Origin: Octopus bimaculoides
Taxonomy: Eukaryota
Reading direction: 5' to 3'
DNA length: 64,000 bases
NCBI RefSeq assembly: GCF_001194135.2
Contig: NC_068982.1
Coordinates: forward strand, 20,240,901-20,304,900
Positions 14,841 to 27,851 of this stretch are shown here, in pieces. The position numbers were made by a program, and so were the translations under genes. Each line of letters starts with the position of its first letter. Position 1 is the first letter of the stretch. The notes below the pieces were generated by a model. That model saw nothing but the letters and a program-made list of their open reading frames with translations, was not told where the DNA came from and searched no databases.

Positions 14841-15653
14841 AATATATACAACCTCTCCAGGTGTATCTGAGATAGAGCGTAGATGAAAAGTCAACCGAAA
14901 GTCTTCCTTTGTTTTCCAACTCTATCATGTTCATAACATCATAATCACCTTCTTATAAAAGAATAAGATATATTACATACTGATGTTCAAATATCTTAAG
15001 TATTACAAGGTAGAGTGGTTCGCCATAGGTAGTATGCCAAGGAAATGTAGTCGACTGAATTGAGTTCAAACTTGAGCTACAGAGCAACCACACCATCTCA
15101 CTTATTCAAGCTATTGACTTCACTTCATTCCGGCGTTTAACATCCGGAATGAATGTCAACTAAGAACCTCTCGTATGATAGTAATGGTATTTTTCGTAAC
15201 TGCATTTTCTGAAACTTCCTCATCTAGGTTATCAGAAAACTTTAGACATATACATGTTATGTATGGTGCATATTTCTAATATAACGATGTGATGCATACA
15301 AATATTAAAAAAAAATAATAATAAATAAGAAACATAAAAAAAGATAATAGTGTAACGTTTGAGAAGCTGGAAGTGCATTTGTAGAAAGATAGGAAAACAC
15401 AAAGGCTGTCAATATTTCACACTCATTTGATTACCTTATGCAAATATATATATATATATACATATATAATTATAACTAAATAAATAGACGAATAGATAGA
15501 TAGGTACATATATACGTATGTATATATGAGAGTGAGTTGTACGTATGTGCGTATAAATATACGTATGTAATCATACATCAGCATATAAATAATAATAATA
15601 ATAATAATAATAACAACAACACCAATACAACAATGATAACAAACACAACATCA

Positions 15654-15723
<70 letters not shown>

Positions 15724-16077
15724 ACATGTTTATTTACTTCAGCGAGTGAGTTTATAAGAGAACGTGTGCATAAATGTATGCGTGATTATTTCTGTTTTAT
15801 TGGCCTGTAAATAGGATACCATCTATCAGTCCATCAACAACTATATATTCCTAATGTACGAACATATTGTTGAAATGCCAAGGACAAACAGCACCTTTTT
15901 ATACTTGCACCTAGTAAACCTGATATGTAAAAAGCTTATGACATATTATAAAGCAACTGCTTGATGCATTTGCGTATGCCATCATATACGAATTTGATGA
16001 CTATATGGGGCATTACTTGAGGCATTTCCACCTTGTACGTAATGGATATGCTTGTATACATCACGTGTGTGTGTGTA

Positions 16078-16133
<56 letters not shown>

Positions 16134-16611
16134 ATGGTGGGGGATAAAATGACATCTGAAGCATGAATATAAAGTGTTTTCTTTTCGTAATCATCAAAGG
16201 TATCAAAGTGATTCAAGGGCCGGGAGTTTCGTATTTAATAAACTGCTTCATAGTCCATGTGTCTTCATATAAGTCTGTCTTTCTGCAAGCTGTCATATCT
16301 CTGGATTGTTTCATGAATATTTAAAACGAGCAGTATAGTTTTCAAATTGTCCCGCTAAGGACTTATAAGTCTATAAATAAAATGTAAACAAATAATCATT
16401 AAAATACATGCACATTCGTGTACGTTTGTGCGGGGATTGTTTTAAGACGATAGCAAAGGAAAGTCCCCATTCTTTCAGGTTAGGAATACAAATATGCAAA
16501 AATAACTTCAATGTGATATATATGAAGAAAATCTCGAGGAAAATCCATTTTGAAATGTAAGAAATAACAAAATATATATGAAAACAATATATACTCATGA
16601 AAAATAATTCT

Positions 16612-16775
16612 CGCTACTATAGGCAAGAGGCCTGAAATTTTTGGTTAGTTGCTACTCGATTAGATCGATGTCAGTGCTCACTGGTATCTATTTTATCGAT
16701 TTCGAAATAATGAAAGGCGAATTTGATCTTAGCAGAAACTGAGCTCAGAACTTAAAGACGGACAAAGTGCCGCCT
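16612..16775 (-). mobile_element. SINE family 2, decayed
   Basis: ctactataggcaagaggcctgaaatt...atgaaaggcgaatttgatc...gagctcagaac. Confidence 0.65.
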
Positions 16776-18148
16776 TTAAATCAATGAAAGAAAATTAAAC
16801 GGATCAACGTGTTGCTCGGATGAAGTTTATTGAATAGTTAATCACATTTAAGGAAAATACATTTGATTAGTAATGGGGAACTGTCGGTTCATGTGAGGTC
16901 CGACTAGTTAACTCTGACGTAGGACACAAAAAGCATTCAACTTCCCTTGTCTTTCTAGCATAATTCTACTCACACATATTTTCATAGAAATTGTTTACTG
17001 ACTGCATCTCTTCAGTTGTACTTCATTATTCACCTAAAATACACGAAACGTATGATTAATATTGGTGCTATTTGAATATAGAACTTAAACTGCCGTGTCT
17101 AAATACTGCAGGTAATTTATCTGATATTATTTGCTCAATGAATTTTACTATATTAATAAGAAAGGAATATGATAATTATGAATGTATCTGTGACTCTTTG
17201 TAACCGGTATTCACAACTGGATATATGATCAGAAATTTATGAATACGATTCAAAGTTCAAGTGGAAATGTTTGCATTGATGATATATTTCCGTAAGATTT
17301 GTTTCTTTCAATTAGTGCGGAATAGCTAATACATAGTCTTAGAAAAAGTTATTCAGTCGGTAATTATTTTGATGTATTTGCTCTTGTAGCCATATGAAAA
17401 GAAACATTTCTATAATGAAAAGTATTGACTGACGATGTCCTAAACTATTGAACAGTCTGCATTATATGAAATCATTGGATAGCATACATTGCATTTAGAT
17501 TAAAGCAATATTATTTAAAAATAAATATCATGAAATAACATGATAATTAAATATTTATATAATTCAGAATGCATTTAGTCACTGAATAGTGTAAACATTT
17601 CCGAATTAATGCAATTAATGCGTTATTTTTCTGTGATCTAGATGTTTTCGTAGATATAACAGATATAATTTCCCATTTTCCATCCCTCAGTGTTAGATAT
17701 TACAAACTATGAAACTTCTAAGTGATTACAAGTATTTAAAGAATGCACGGAGCATATTCTAAGTGCTAAAGTTTTATGAAGTCCCATAAGTTTAGCATCG
17801 GTGATATCCAGAAAATATCACGAAATACGTTAATTAAGATTTACTACCAAAAAGCAGTTTTAATTCAATAATTATTTCCTAACACTGTATGATTTTCACA
17901 CTGATGTGCACAAATTTCAGAGTTCAGAGTTTTCCTTTTCCCTTTTAACCTAAATGTGAACTTGTAATGTTCTCGTCTTTCTTAACAACATCAGGTGAAT
18001 TCATTCTAGTCATTTCACAATAGTAATTACCTCAGTACTTATGACCATTGTGAATTAGTTGTCATTCAAGGTAACTTACGTGTATAAATAATATGTCTAC
18101 AACCACCTACTCAAAATCAATGTTATGCCATTGATCTGTTGTAGTTTT

Positions 18149-18205
18149 GTATTTACCAGTTATTGATCATTATTGATCAGTATTTACTAGTTATTGATCA
18201 TTATC
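18149..18205 (+). repeat. 31-bp tandem duplication
   Basis: gtatttaccagttattgatcattat at 18149 recurs at 18180. Confidence 0.8.
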
Positions 18206-20180
18206 AATTTCACATCATTTAGTAAGACGGAAAGAATGACAAGAAATATTTTTAGCAATAAATTTGCTAAATTAATTGCAAACACATCAAAGTTTCATTG
18301 AAAACAAATATCAAAATTCAAGCAATTAACTTGGATAGACCATTTCTTGAGAGAATAGGTTATATTATGTTCTTAGCATAGAGTTTGAAAATTTACTGTA
18401 ATAGTGCAGTTTTTAAAATGGAATTTGTGTTATATCATCCTATGATAGAAATATTACAAAATTATAGCCGATCTAACGGAATATGAAAACAGTTTCTACA
18501 TGCTCAATTGATACCTAGGTTTCAGTGCAATATCGAGAAACATTCATTGTATAGCTTTTAAAATATTGGCCTCACTTGGGATAAACTGTGCAGTTGACTA
18601 ATATTTATTTTATTGACCTTGGTAAAATTTCATATCGCTAATCATTGTAAAATCTGCAACTACTTGATGAAATAACCGAAAGAATACTTTAGAGTACAAG
18701 TTACGGATCAGTTTTAAAGAGAAAGTAGTTGAAATTTAAAGTGAAACTTAGACAGGAGTTTGTGTTACAAACCAGAAATTATCAAAGAGCGTTATAATGT
18801 TTCCGAACATCATTCTATGGTATTAGTGTCATCCTCAAATATGTTAAGATTGTCCTATTCACTACAAAAACTAGTTTTATGAGAGGCTTTCTTTCATATA
18901 CAGGTGCAGTTATCATAGCATAGCACTTTCAATATGTTGCTATTCTGGATAGTTTCGGTGGATTGGGAGCAGTAATATGTATAATATTAAAAGAAATAGA
19001 AAACACTTATATATAGGTTTTGGTCGACGTCTTTATATATTTTAAACTATTGATACAGACCGATGCCTCTTTTTAATACAGGCACTATAATGTTTTACAA
19101 TGATTTAAAACCTCTATTTTCTCAGTATCGTAGGCACAATAGTCTTATTTAAATCTATGTGTTCACTTTTATTCAATGCTTACGTCAGTAATATATCTAA
19201 TATTTATGAATTAATCATAAAGCCATAAGCACCGAACTGAGGCAAAGAATAAACCGTGACATGCTCACCGACAGGAGATAAATTATATATATCCATCATA
19301 ATTGATAACAAGTTTAGCGTGAAGAGCAAAAAATATTCATTTGCATTTTTATAACGTCATGCAATTAAATATAGAATTCACTCACACAAATAAGTTTCTG
19401 AAATTTATGATCTCTATTACATTTGCATTTTAATTTAATTCAAGTGGGCACCAATATGGAAGACTGTGAACTCAGACCGGTCTCGAGTTCGCGGCTATTG
19501 TATAGCATCTTGGGCGAGTAAGTTTTCTCATGCAGTTGGGTCTGCACATGTTTGTGTGTTGAATGTTTGTCAATGGAAATTGTACTGAAGCAGTGATTAT
19601 ACATAAATAAATATATATTGCGTACATATTTACACCTCCCCCCCAACTTATATATAGTAGAATAAGAAATAGAATGCCCTTGATATAGAAAGCATTATAT
19701 ATTTGATAAAATGAATAGAAATAGTTTTCTGATAATTTTTCCACTTTAATAATTAGATGTTTTAAGTTTACAAAAGATTGTGAATTTATATTCATCTAAT
19801 TATTATAAGAATTATCAGAAAAAACATTTCTATTCATAAAATGTATATGTGTGTGTGTGTGTGGAAAATATAATAAATATGTATGTACGTATAGACATAC
19901 ATACATACATACATACATACATACTTAAATACATACATACATTTAAATGTGTGTCAGCGTATATACGTATCTATGCATGCTAGAAATTATGAGCAATTGT
20001 AATTGCGTGTGGAAGTGTGTTGGATCGATTTACGTATGTTTCACAGATCTATATCTGCATAATATGTTAGCATATGTGTTAAAGAAGTGAAACACAAAAC
20101 AAACCTATTAAATTGTTGTTTCAAATAAAATTAATCAGTGTTTTATTTATTCCACCTGAGCAATGCAGGCAATCCCTTGG

Positions 20181-20256
20181 CGCATTCGCCACCAGAAATG
20201 CAGCGAAGCAGTGATAGGTACGTCGCTGCTTCACTGAGTTTCTGATGACGATTACG
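20181..20256. ncRNA. pri-miRNA-like hairpin (34-bp ungapped stem, 8-nt loop)
   Basis: 20181-20214 pairs with 20223-20256 without gaps. Plus strand: 26 WC + 2 GU + 6 mismatches. Minus strand: 26 WC + 4 GU + 4 mismatches. It is a GC-rich island in AT-rich flanks. I do not recognise the arms as a known miRNA. Confidence 0.45.
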
Positions 20257-21534
20257 AAAAGGAAACCTGTAACCAACGACACTATTGTTCAAGAAGGCAT
20301 GAGTAAAATTTATAAAATTATAAATATGATGAATAAAGCCATTAAATATCGTGAAACTGTCATAATTTCTTGCATCTTATCTATATTCATAACCCAATTC
20401 CCTTCCCCCATCATCCCAATATTAGCAGAAATTATTTTACACATAAACGAAGATAACAAATTTCGATTTAAAAAATGACACTTTTTCACTCTCATATTTT
20501 TTGTGGACATTAGCTGCTTACGACTCTCATTAATATTTATATGATTCAATATAATTTTTTAGTGATTTAGAATAAACCAATTTTAAAGTTCCTAAACTTT
20601 ATATGTGATATCGGAAATATCATGTATTTTTGCCGGAAATTTATTTTTTATTTCTGCATGCATAATCAATTAATCATATTCTTAAACACAATAAAAATAT
20701 TATACTTTTTTTTTTCAAAATTGAATTATCCTATATTTTCCTCTTTATTCAAATTTGTTATAATTGTATAACCGTGAATTTTGCAGTGCAATTATTTATT
20801 TTTAAACATATAAAAACGACAGCTTCATATGAATAATTTCAATTAAAATTGTAATAAATATCTTAGTTAATTATAATAACCCATAAACTACTGCTTCGTT
20901 ATTTAGTGACTACTTTCAAATCAATTTTTATTAATGTAAGGTGCGGCTACATAATACACAACCACACACACAGACACACACAGACACACACAGACACACA
21001 ACCACACACACACACACACACACACACGAACACATACAAGTTTCGAGTTTCCTTCGTCAATATATCACGAAAGTTACAAACTACTAACCCATATATAATG
21101 TCCTTTATCTTTAGCGTGCGAGAGGCTTATTTCTCATAAAGATGAGAGCAATATAACGTATATCTTAACATGTACAACAATATTATGAATGATAAAGGGT
21201 AACGGTCCTAATTAGACTTGCAGTGCATTGACTTCTTTGTCATATAGCTTATCTCCATAAAATATGAAGCTTTGATAAAGTGTAAATGAAGTGACAGTTT
21301 ATATGAAGCTCAATGGTTGACGCGAAGGTAACATGCTGTGTTTAAAATTCAGCAGAGTTCCAAACCCGCTAGCTGAATTTGATCAGAATTACTAAACACA
21401 TTAAAGTTACAATTTCGTAATGTGACGCGAACAAAAGGAAAAAAAAAAAAGAAGAAAAAAATCGAAATTTCACAACCGTTTTGCGCTAAATTCCAGTTAA
21501 AATTAAGGATTGTTTGGAGGCATTGCAATATATA

Positions 21535-21735
21535 CTTCTCTTTCTACTATAGACACAAACCCTGAAATCTTGGTAGAGCGGGCTAGTAGATTACATCGAT
21601 CAGAGTACTTAATTAACCGAAGGGATGGAGGGAAAACTCGTCCTCTGCGGATTTTGTATATAGCACGTGAAGGAGGTCGAAATGCCGCAAAGGCATTTTC
21701 GCAACATGAACACGACTCTGCTTGCTTGTTGCCTT
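21535..21735 (-). mobile_element. SINE family 2, decayed
   Basis: tctactatagacacaaaccctgaaatc...gctagtagattacatcgatc...gaaatgccgcaaaggcattttcg. Confidence 0.55.
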
Positions 21736-22049
21736 AGGGCATTATATTATACCTACACATATACGTACATATGTGTGTGTGTGCATGCGCACGAGCGTGT
21801 CTATAAATAGAAAGGAGAACAAAGTTGGGTAAATAAATAGATATAACAGAAAAATTGTGCCTGTTGTGGGTTTGGTCAATGTCCACCCAGAAACATGCAC
21901 GTGAACACAGGCATAAACAAGAACATTTATGAAGATTATTATATGTATGAATGTGTATGTATATAACGATATGTGAGTGGGCGTGAGTGTACATATGTTT
22001 ATATATATACATGTGTGCCTGTGTTAGCATGAAATCATCCATCTCCCTA

Positions 22050-22050
22050 C

Positions 22051-22112
<62 letters not shown>

Positions 22113-22285
22113 GTCTATCTATCTATCTATCTCTGCCTGCCTGTCTGTCTGTCTGCATGTCTGCCTATGTATCCCTCTGTTTGTTGGTCTGTCTGTCTGT
22201 CTGTCAGTCTGTCAGTCTCTCTCTTTCTCTCTCTCTACCTACCTACCTACCTACCTACCTACCTACCTATCTACCTACCTGTTTG

Positions 22286-22336
<51 letters not shown>

Positions 22337-22440
22337 CTGCCTGCCTGTCTGTCTGTCTGCATGTCTGTCTATTTATCTATCTATCTAATTATCTATCTAT
22401 CTCTTTATCTATTTATCTATGTATCTATCAATTTATCTAA
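22050..22440. repeat. Compound (ATCT)/(CTGT)/(CCTA) microsatellite
   Basis: Read directly. The internal block ctctgcctgcctgtctgtctgtctgcatgtctg is present twice. Confidence 0.95.
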
Positions 22441-22988
22441 CTAACTAATTATCCATATGTTTCTATATGTATGTGTATATGGAGAGAGAAAAGCTCAGAG
22501 AAATAACAGAGCGAGAGGGAGGGAGAGGAGGTAAGCGAAAAATGACAAAAGGGAGTGCCACATATAAGGAGAATGTATAATATGACGGAGAGGCATATGA
22601 ACCATAAGTCGGAGTATTCAAAGAAATTCTTCGATAGAAAAATATGCGTAATAGCATTTAAAATGTGTAATTTCAATTGCGCGAATTATCCACATATTTC
22701 CCATTTATTCTCCTTTTTCTCAGTCGTTCTCTACTATTACAACTGGAAATGAAATGTAAATAACACTTCACATTTTCTAATTAGAGACTGAAAATTTGAG
22801 GTGTGTTTTTTTGCATACATAATCATTTGAATGGAAGTAGGAATATGCATAATACACTAATGTTATTAGAATACACAGATTCGGTACTACTGGCAATTAA
22901 GATTATGCAACGCATTATTTCCCTTTTTTTCTGTTCTCCTCTGCTGCAACACAATATGCTCATCCACCTTACATGCATTTCTATGAGC

Positions 22989-23048
<60 letters not shown>

Positions 23049-24655
23049 CTGTGTGTGTATTTGTGGATAAATTCATATAGATATGCTATGTGAATATGTC
23101 TCACTATATGAATATACATATGTTCATATGTACGTGTCTGTCCATCTGTGTCTCGGTCTATCTGTCTATCTACCTATCTATACAACTATCTATCTACTTA
23201 ACTATGATTCTCTTGTCTAAGTTTCTCTGTGTATATATATGTATATGTACATGTGTGAGTGAACGTGTGTGTCGGCGGTGAAATATTATATACATTTGTA
23301 TGTATACATTTTTATTATACATGTATCTATAATATNNNNNNNNNNNNNNNNNNCAACTATCTATCTACTTAACTATGATTCTCTTGTCTAAGTTTCTCTG
23401 TGTATATATATGTATACACACATAAAATAGGGATGTGTGCACATTCACTTTTAATGCGCAAACGGCTTTACCAATTACTTCAATACTTCTGATGTATGAA
23501 TAAATTGACCTCGGACAATATAATAGGGTCGTCATTTTATTTTTTCTATTAAAAATAAAACATTTTGCATTTTATATCACATTCACGTCTTTCAAAGATT
23601 TTTTAAATATTTACTTCCGGTTTCCTACAGTCAGTGACATAACATATCCCTTTATGTACATCTCTCTATCTATCTCTCTGAAATATGTCTCTCTATCTAT
23701 ATCTCTTGTTTTCACTTTCATTTTTCAGATGCTATTCTATTCACTCCCAGTTTTCATACGCCGTTGTTTCACTTCTATGTTATTCTTTTCTTTTAAGTCT
23801 AAGTTTTGAATCGCTATTTACAAACAAACGACAAATTACTGACAGAAAGAAGTTCACAATTACTGATGTAAGTAATTTCATAATTTACTGACAAAAGTAT
23901 CTTCATTAATTTCACTTCAATCCGAACAGTTTCATGTTTTTATGTTGCCGACGGATTCTTTCTGGTTCCTTCGTTATTTTCCGTTAAAATTTCTTATTTA
24001 CATTCTGCCCATCGTATTAATAAACATAATTTCCGTTACCAAGTTATTTTCATCGTTTATTATCTTCTGCACCCGTGTATTTATGTATACATATATGACC
24101 ATGCGTAGAAAGAAAATGTTAAATTTGTCAGCATAACTTACAGATTTCTATGCCCCCACCCCTAACCAAATTTCGATGATTATAGCTTTCGGAAAAACAG
24201 ATATTTTTAAATAAAATTTCATACGAATATGTGTTATATCATGTCCATTTCGAATATATATAACTGGGAGGGGGGTAAGTGTTTTAGGAGGGGTTGGGGA
24301 ATTTCTGAAATTTCACCGGAGTCTTACATCAATTCGTCTTCAATTTCAAGAAAATGGATATTTTTTTTAATGAAATTATCTACAAACATACCTTCGAATG
24401 TTATTACATCTCATTCACTTCGTTTCTCAATGTCTACTTCCGCTATTGATAGAAAACCGGCGAAGTCTGTCCCTGTCTGATATTTAATGCTTTCTTTTAA
24501 AGTTTTAATTCGCTATTTGTAAGCAACTACGATAAATTACTGAAGGAATTATTTACTAAGTTCACAAATTGAAATATTCGTACAAGATAGTTTTCAACGT
24601 GTTTCCGTTTATACGATTTTTTCAGTCCATGTCCATCTCATTCATTGTTTGCAAA

Positions 24656-24753
<98 letters not shown>

Positions 24754-25109
24754 ACACACTCTAGGTTAGATTTTTTCATTACATAAATATCACGCTAAGA
24801 TTTTGCAATTCAACATGGGGCGTCCCAAAAATATGGGCACTATTTTGCTGGAACTCACACGTTTCGTTAATTTAGGTAAAACGTTTTTATTTATTTCCTT
24901 TTCACGTCGTGTTCAGCTCTATGTATTTCTAGTGAATCACACACACACACGTGTTTTTGTATGTACGTGTGTATACATTTATGTATGGTGTGTGTGTGTG
25001 AGTGAGTGAAGGGTGTGTTCTCATGTATTCGTACATACATAAATAAATATGCATACATCTTTTTTGTATGTGTGTGTGAGAGAGAGAGAGAGAGATTGAT
25101 GTCTAAGTG

Positions 25110-25149
<40 letters not shown>

Positions 25150-25194
25150 TTCCATCTCATCTGATGTTTCATAATTTATGTATGTATGTGTGTA

Positions 25195-25229
<35 letters not shown>

Positions 25230-25284
25230 GTGCGTGCGTGTGTGTGTGTACCTGCGGTGTTCCACAATCGTCAGAAACAAGCAG

Positions 25285-26228
25285 AGCTTTTTCCTTTCTG
25301 CTTTTAAATTACCACTAAGCTTGGTCACAAGTGACAGTCGAATTTGTAACATAAGCAAAGATTCAGCGTATTTTAGGTTCAGCGGAAGTGTTGAGCCAAT
25401 ATCACCTTATCATTTGGGATGAATGCACCATGTCACATAGAGGCGCAATAGAGGTTCTTGGTAAGACCTTCCAGGGCATCAGAGGCTACAATACATTTAT
25501 GGGAGGAGTTACATTAGTTTTATCAGGAGACTTCAGACAGAAATTACCAGTCATTCTGAGACGAACAAGATCTAATAAAATAAAACCATGCATTAAGGAT
25601 TCACACCTATGGAATAAAGTAATGAAATTATCCTTCAATACTAACGTGCGAACTTCATTACATGGGGACCGATGTGCGAAACAATTTTCAACCTAGTTTT
25701 TCAAATTACGAAATGTGAAAGTATTATTTGATAGGAATGATGATATCAGTTTGCCTCATATTGCTATCATGGTGAATTCCCCAGCTGAACTGAAGTATAG
25801 GGTATTTCCACACTTAAGTAATAATTATAATTCACATAAATGGTAGTGTGAAAGTGCATTTCATACTCAAAAATGACACAGTTGCAAGAATTAACCATGA
25901 ATTAATGAATAAGATTCCAGCAGTCATTAAGAAGTACAAATCAGTTGATTCAGTACTTGATGAAAATCAAGCTATCCATTACCAAACAGAGTTCTTTAAT
26001 TCTCTGGAGTCACCTGTAATTCCACCACATAAACTTGTTCTGAAGGTAGGAGTCCCAATAATGCTTCTAAGAAATTTAGATCCTCCAAAATTATGCGATG
26101 GGACAAGGTTGATAGTGAAGACATTATCACCTAATGTGATAGAAGCTACATCCTCACTGGATGTGCCTCTGGGGAAGAGGTTTTCGTTCCAAGAATTACA
26201 ATCAAATCAACAGACATGCCCTTCAGTT
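25285..26228 (+). mobile_element. Helitron PIF1-like helicase fragment (frameshifts and stops)
   Basis: Translations SAFKLPLSL..., HLIIWDECTMSH, GGVTLVLSGDFRQKLPVI, PPHKLVLKVGVPIMLLRNLDPPKLCDGTRLIVK, then shifted ILTGCASGEEVFVPRITIKSTDMPFS*. These are Helitron RepHel helicase motifs. Confidence 0.92.
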
Positions 26229-26405
26229 AAAACGAACACAACATATACTGCAGTGAATTATTTTCTCCAGAATTGTTTCCGGAATTTTGCGCGCCGGAGC
26301 TAAGGCATTCTGAAAAAATAGCCCCAAATGTAATCGGTAGAACAATATGCAAGTCTTATTTCATGAAGACAATTCGTGTATAGTTCTGCAAATTATATTG
26401 ATTCT

Positions 26406-26488
26406 AGAACGTCTATGCTGATGAGAACACGGATGTTATTACGTAAGTATAACGTTAAGGTTCGAAACTGCAGTCCATAGATAATTCT
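26406..26488 (+). ncRNA. Type I hammerhead ribozyme, complete catalytic core, predicted GUC cleavage after nt 26475
   Basis: Helix I is GTCTATG (26411-17) with CATAGAT (26476-82): 6 WC + 1 GU, extended by AGAA (26406-09) with TTCT (26485-88). Core CTGATGA is at 26418-24. Helix II is GAAC (26425-28) with GTTC (26460-63), and has an inner stem GATGTTAT/ATAACGTT capped by AC-GTAA-GT. GAAA is at 26464-67. Helix III is A-U plus C-G around TGCA, forming the palindrome ACTGCAGT. The triplet GTC is at 26473-75. Confidence 0.85.
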
Positions 26489-27251
26489 TTATTCTGTATA
26501 TTTCTCATTTTGTCTTGTTCTGGCGTTTTGTGAAATTTTTCTGGAGAACATTTTTTTTCTTTGTAGTTGGGTCGTTGATGACCTCTTCCTAGTATATTGG
26601 ATGTCCACCTAGTGGTCATCCCTTATACACGCGTAATACAATTTTTTCTGAATTTTCAGATTTTTTATATGCTAGGCCACTTGGTTTTAAATTGAATTGA
26701 TATTCAATTTATCANNNNNNNNNNNNNNNNNNNNNNNNNNNNNNNNNNNNNNNNNNNNNNNNNNNNNNNNNNNNNNNNNNNNNNNNNNNNNNNNNNNNNN
26801 NNNNNNNNNNNNNNNNNNNNNNNNNNNNNNNNNNNNNNNNNNNNNNNNNNNNNNNNNNNNNNNNNNNNNNNNNNNNNNNNNNNNNNNNNNNNNNNNNNNN
26901 NNNNNNNNNNNNNNNNNNNNNNNNNNNNNNNNNNNNNNNNNNNNNNNNNNNNNNNNNNNNNNNNNNNNNNNNNNNNNNNNNNNNNNNNNNNNNNNNNNNN
27001 NNNNNNNNNNNNNNNNNNNNNNNNNNNNNNNNNNNNNNNNNNNNNNNNNNNNNNNNNNNNNNNNNNNNNNNNNNNNNNNNNNNNNNNNNNNNNNNNNNNN
27101 NNNNNNNNNNNNNNNNNNNNNNNNNNNNNNNNNNNNNNNNNNNNNNNNNNNNNNNNNNNNNNNNNNNNNNNNNNNNNNNNNNNNNNNNNNNNNNNNNNNN
27201 NNNNNNNNNNNNNNNNNNNNNNNNNNNNNNNNNNNNNNNNNNNNNNNNNNN

Positions 27252-27282
<31 letters not shown>

Positions 27283-27299
27283 CACATACATATATGTGT

Positions 27300-27490
27300 G
27301 TGTGTGTGTGTCTGTGTTTGGACCCCCTCCCCATCGATTGACTACCGACGTTCGTACGCTTGCGTCCCGTAACTTAGCAGTTTAGCAAAAGAGACCGATA
27401 GAATAAGTAGTAGGGGCCGAATTGTTCGACTAAAGGAGGTGCTGCAGCATGGCCGCAGTCAACTGACTGAAACAAATAATAGAATAAAAG
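27300..27490 (+). mobile_element. SINE family 1, 3' part
   Basis: cgtcccgtaacttagcagtttagcaaaagagaccgatagaataag...catggccgcagtcaactgactgaaac matches the tails at 14.7 and 39.2 kb. Confidence 0.8.
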
Positions 27491-27678
27491 AATATATACG
27501 CACAACGAGGGAGTTAGTGAGAAATTAAGTGATACTTGTTTGTCCATAAAATGACATATTTATGTATTATATATTTTATTACATATTCAACAAATTTCAT
27601 TACGTATATTTTTCAAGAGAGATATCCCTCTCAACTCTCACGCGGGCCATTTGCATTTATGCATATGCTTAATATAGA

Positions 27679-27736
27679 GGTACATAATCTCTGTAGTACT
27701 TCATCTCAGGGGTACATAATCTCTGTAGTACTTCAT
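27679..27736 (+). repeat. 32-bp tandem duplication
   Basis: ggtacataatctctgtagtacttcat at 27679 and at 27711. Confidence 0.9.
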
Positions 27737-27851
27737 TCAGTAGACTCTCTAACATTCAAATGATCATGCACATTTGGACACCCACCGCTATTCCTTTTGT
27801 TGCAATAATGTGATTCTCATCTAATACCATATGATCAGAATTCATTATATA

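Noticed and set aside
15114-15159. Short hairpin ttcattccgg/ccggaatgaa
   Set aside because: Only 10+5 bp with a bulge, too short for a pre-miRNA.
17995-18070. Strong acceptor and donor pair
   Set aside because: All three frames are closed. A UTR exon cannot be supported without RNA data.
20242-20275. CTGATGA...CGAAA overlapping the miRNA-like hairpin
   Set aside because: The 10.1/11.1 and 15.2/16.2 positions mismatch, and helix I is 1 bp.
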